DNA of 64,000 nt from Octopus sinensis (taxonomy: Eukaryota): the NCBI RefSeq assembly GCF_006345805.1, contig NC_043012.1, positions 10,540,001 to 10,604,000 on the forward strand. Direction: 5' to 3'. Position 1 is the first letter of the stretch; each line of letters begins with the position of its first letter. The position numbers and the translations under genes were made by a program. Below are positions 63,049-64,000 of this stretch, piece after piece. The notes under the pieces are model-generated. The model was not told where the DNA came from, did not search any database, and saw nothing but the letters and a program-made list of their open reading frames with translations.

Positions 63049-64000
63049 TATGTGTCGGTCAGTTTATACTTTTTTCCGTGGGTTTCCCCCTCGTTAATAT
63101 CTTCCTGTTACATACCAAAGTCGAAATCTTTTATTCCAAAATCTCTCCTTTCCTCTATCCCTCATTCTCTCTTTCCCTCCCTCATCCTCTTTCTCTCTGT
63201 CTCTCCGCCCTTCTCCTCTCCCTCTTGGTACATATATGTCTCTGTATATGTATCACTTTATTTCTCTAGTTCTACCTGGCTGTCTGATTGACTGGCTGAA
63301 TTTTCGGTCTCTCTGTCTACTTATACTTTTCTCTTGGCTTTTCCCCTTTTTAATATCTTCCTTAATATACCAGCTTCAAAATTTCTGTTCCCCCCTCTTT
63401 CTCCCCCCCCCCCCTCTATATTTACTCACTGCCTACAAAAAAAAAAAGATTCCCTGTATCTGCTCCACAAATTTCCCGTTTTCTCAGTTTCCTACTTTAC
63501 CCATCATGCATTGCTTTAATTTCGTTTTATCTCACTTAATTTAGCTTAGATTTATTTTGTCTATTTACAGAGACATATTTGGGTTTTATCCCACGTTTTC
63601 TTTCCATTTCTTTTTTTATTGTTTACATGTTTGTTTATTCTAAACGCTTTCCAACAACATTTTATTTCACACTTTTATTCATCCTATTGTTTCATTCTTT
63701 TCTCTTTTCCTTTCTGCCTTCCCATCTCTTTGTTTTGTGTTATTTTTCTCCGTTTAATCCACGCAGATGTCAGAAATCATGAAAGCACCTTTTAAAAATA
63801 GTCCTACTCTATTTAACACAATCAACTTGCATCCAATAAATGTTTGGCTTTTTGATTTCCTTCTTGGGGATGATAATGCTGTTGTTTTTGTTGTTGCTGC
63901 CACAGTTGATGTACATACACACGCACACACACATACATGTGTGTGCGTGTGTGTATACTCTGTCATACACACACACCTCCGTTAATTCCATCCAGATCAA

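Overview
AT-rich, repeat-dense animal genomic DNA with no recognisable intact protein-coding gene; most likely intergenic or intronic DNA of an octopus (inferred from recall of the abundant tRNA-derived SINE families and the TACA/TAGA/TCCA/TA microsatellite load). Nearly all long ORFs in the track are microsatellite artefacts. Supported content: about 30 tRNA-SINE copies of several families; fossil mariner, Tc1 and maT (DD37D-type) transposons; mariner and hAT MITEs; RTE and R4/Dong-like LINE 3' ends; Penelope-like (PLE) remnants; Helitron-like 3' ends; one 100-N gap. The best second-look signals are: (1) about eight minimal hammerhead-ribozyme-like motifs, including a ~150-nt non-coding repeat family (4 copies) with compensatory stem changes; (2) a PLE with a twin-priming-like 5' inversion ending in a hammerhead motif; (3) two near-perfect long hairpins (55-bp and 77-bp arms); (4) a small ORF at 40029-40274 (-) resembling a secreted, very cationic precursor with three RR sites, in a transposon-poor island. 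All structure and alignment calls were made by eye.
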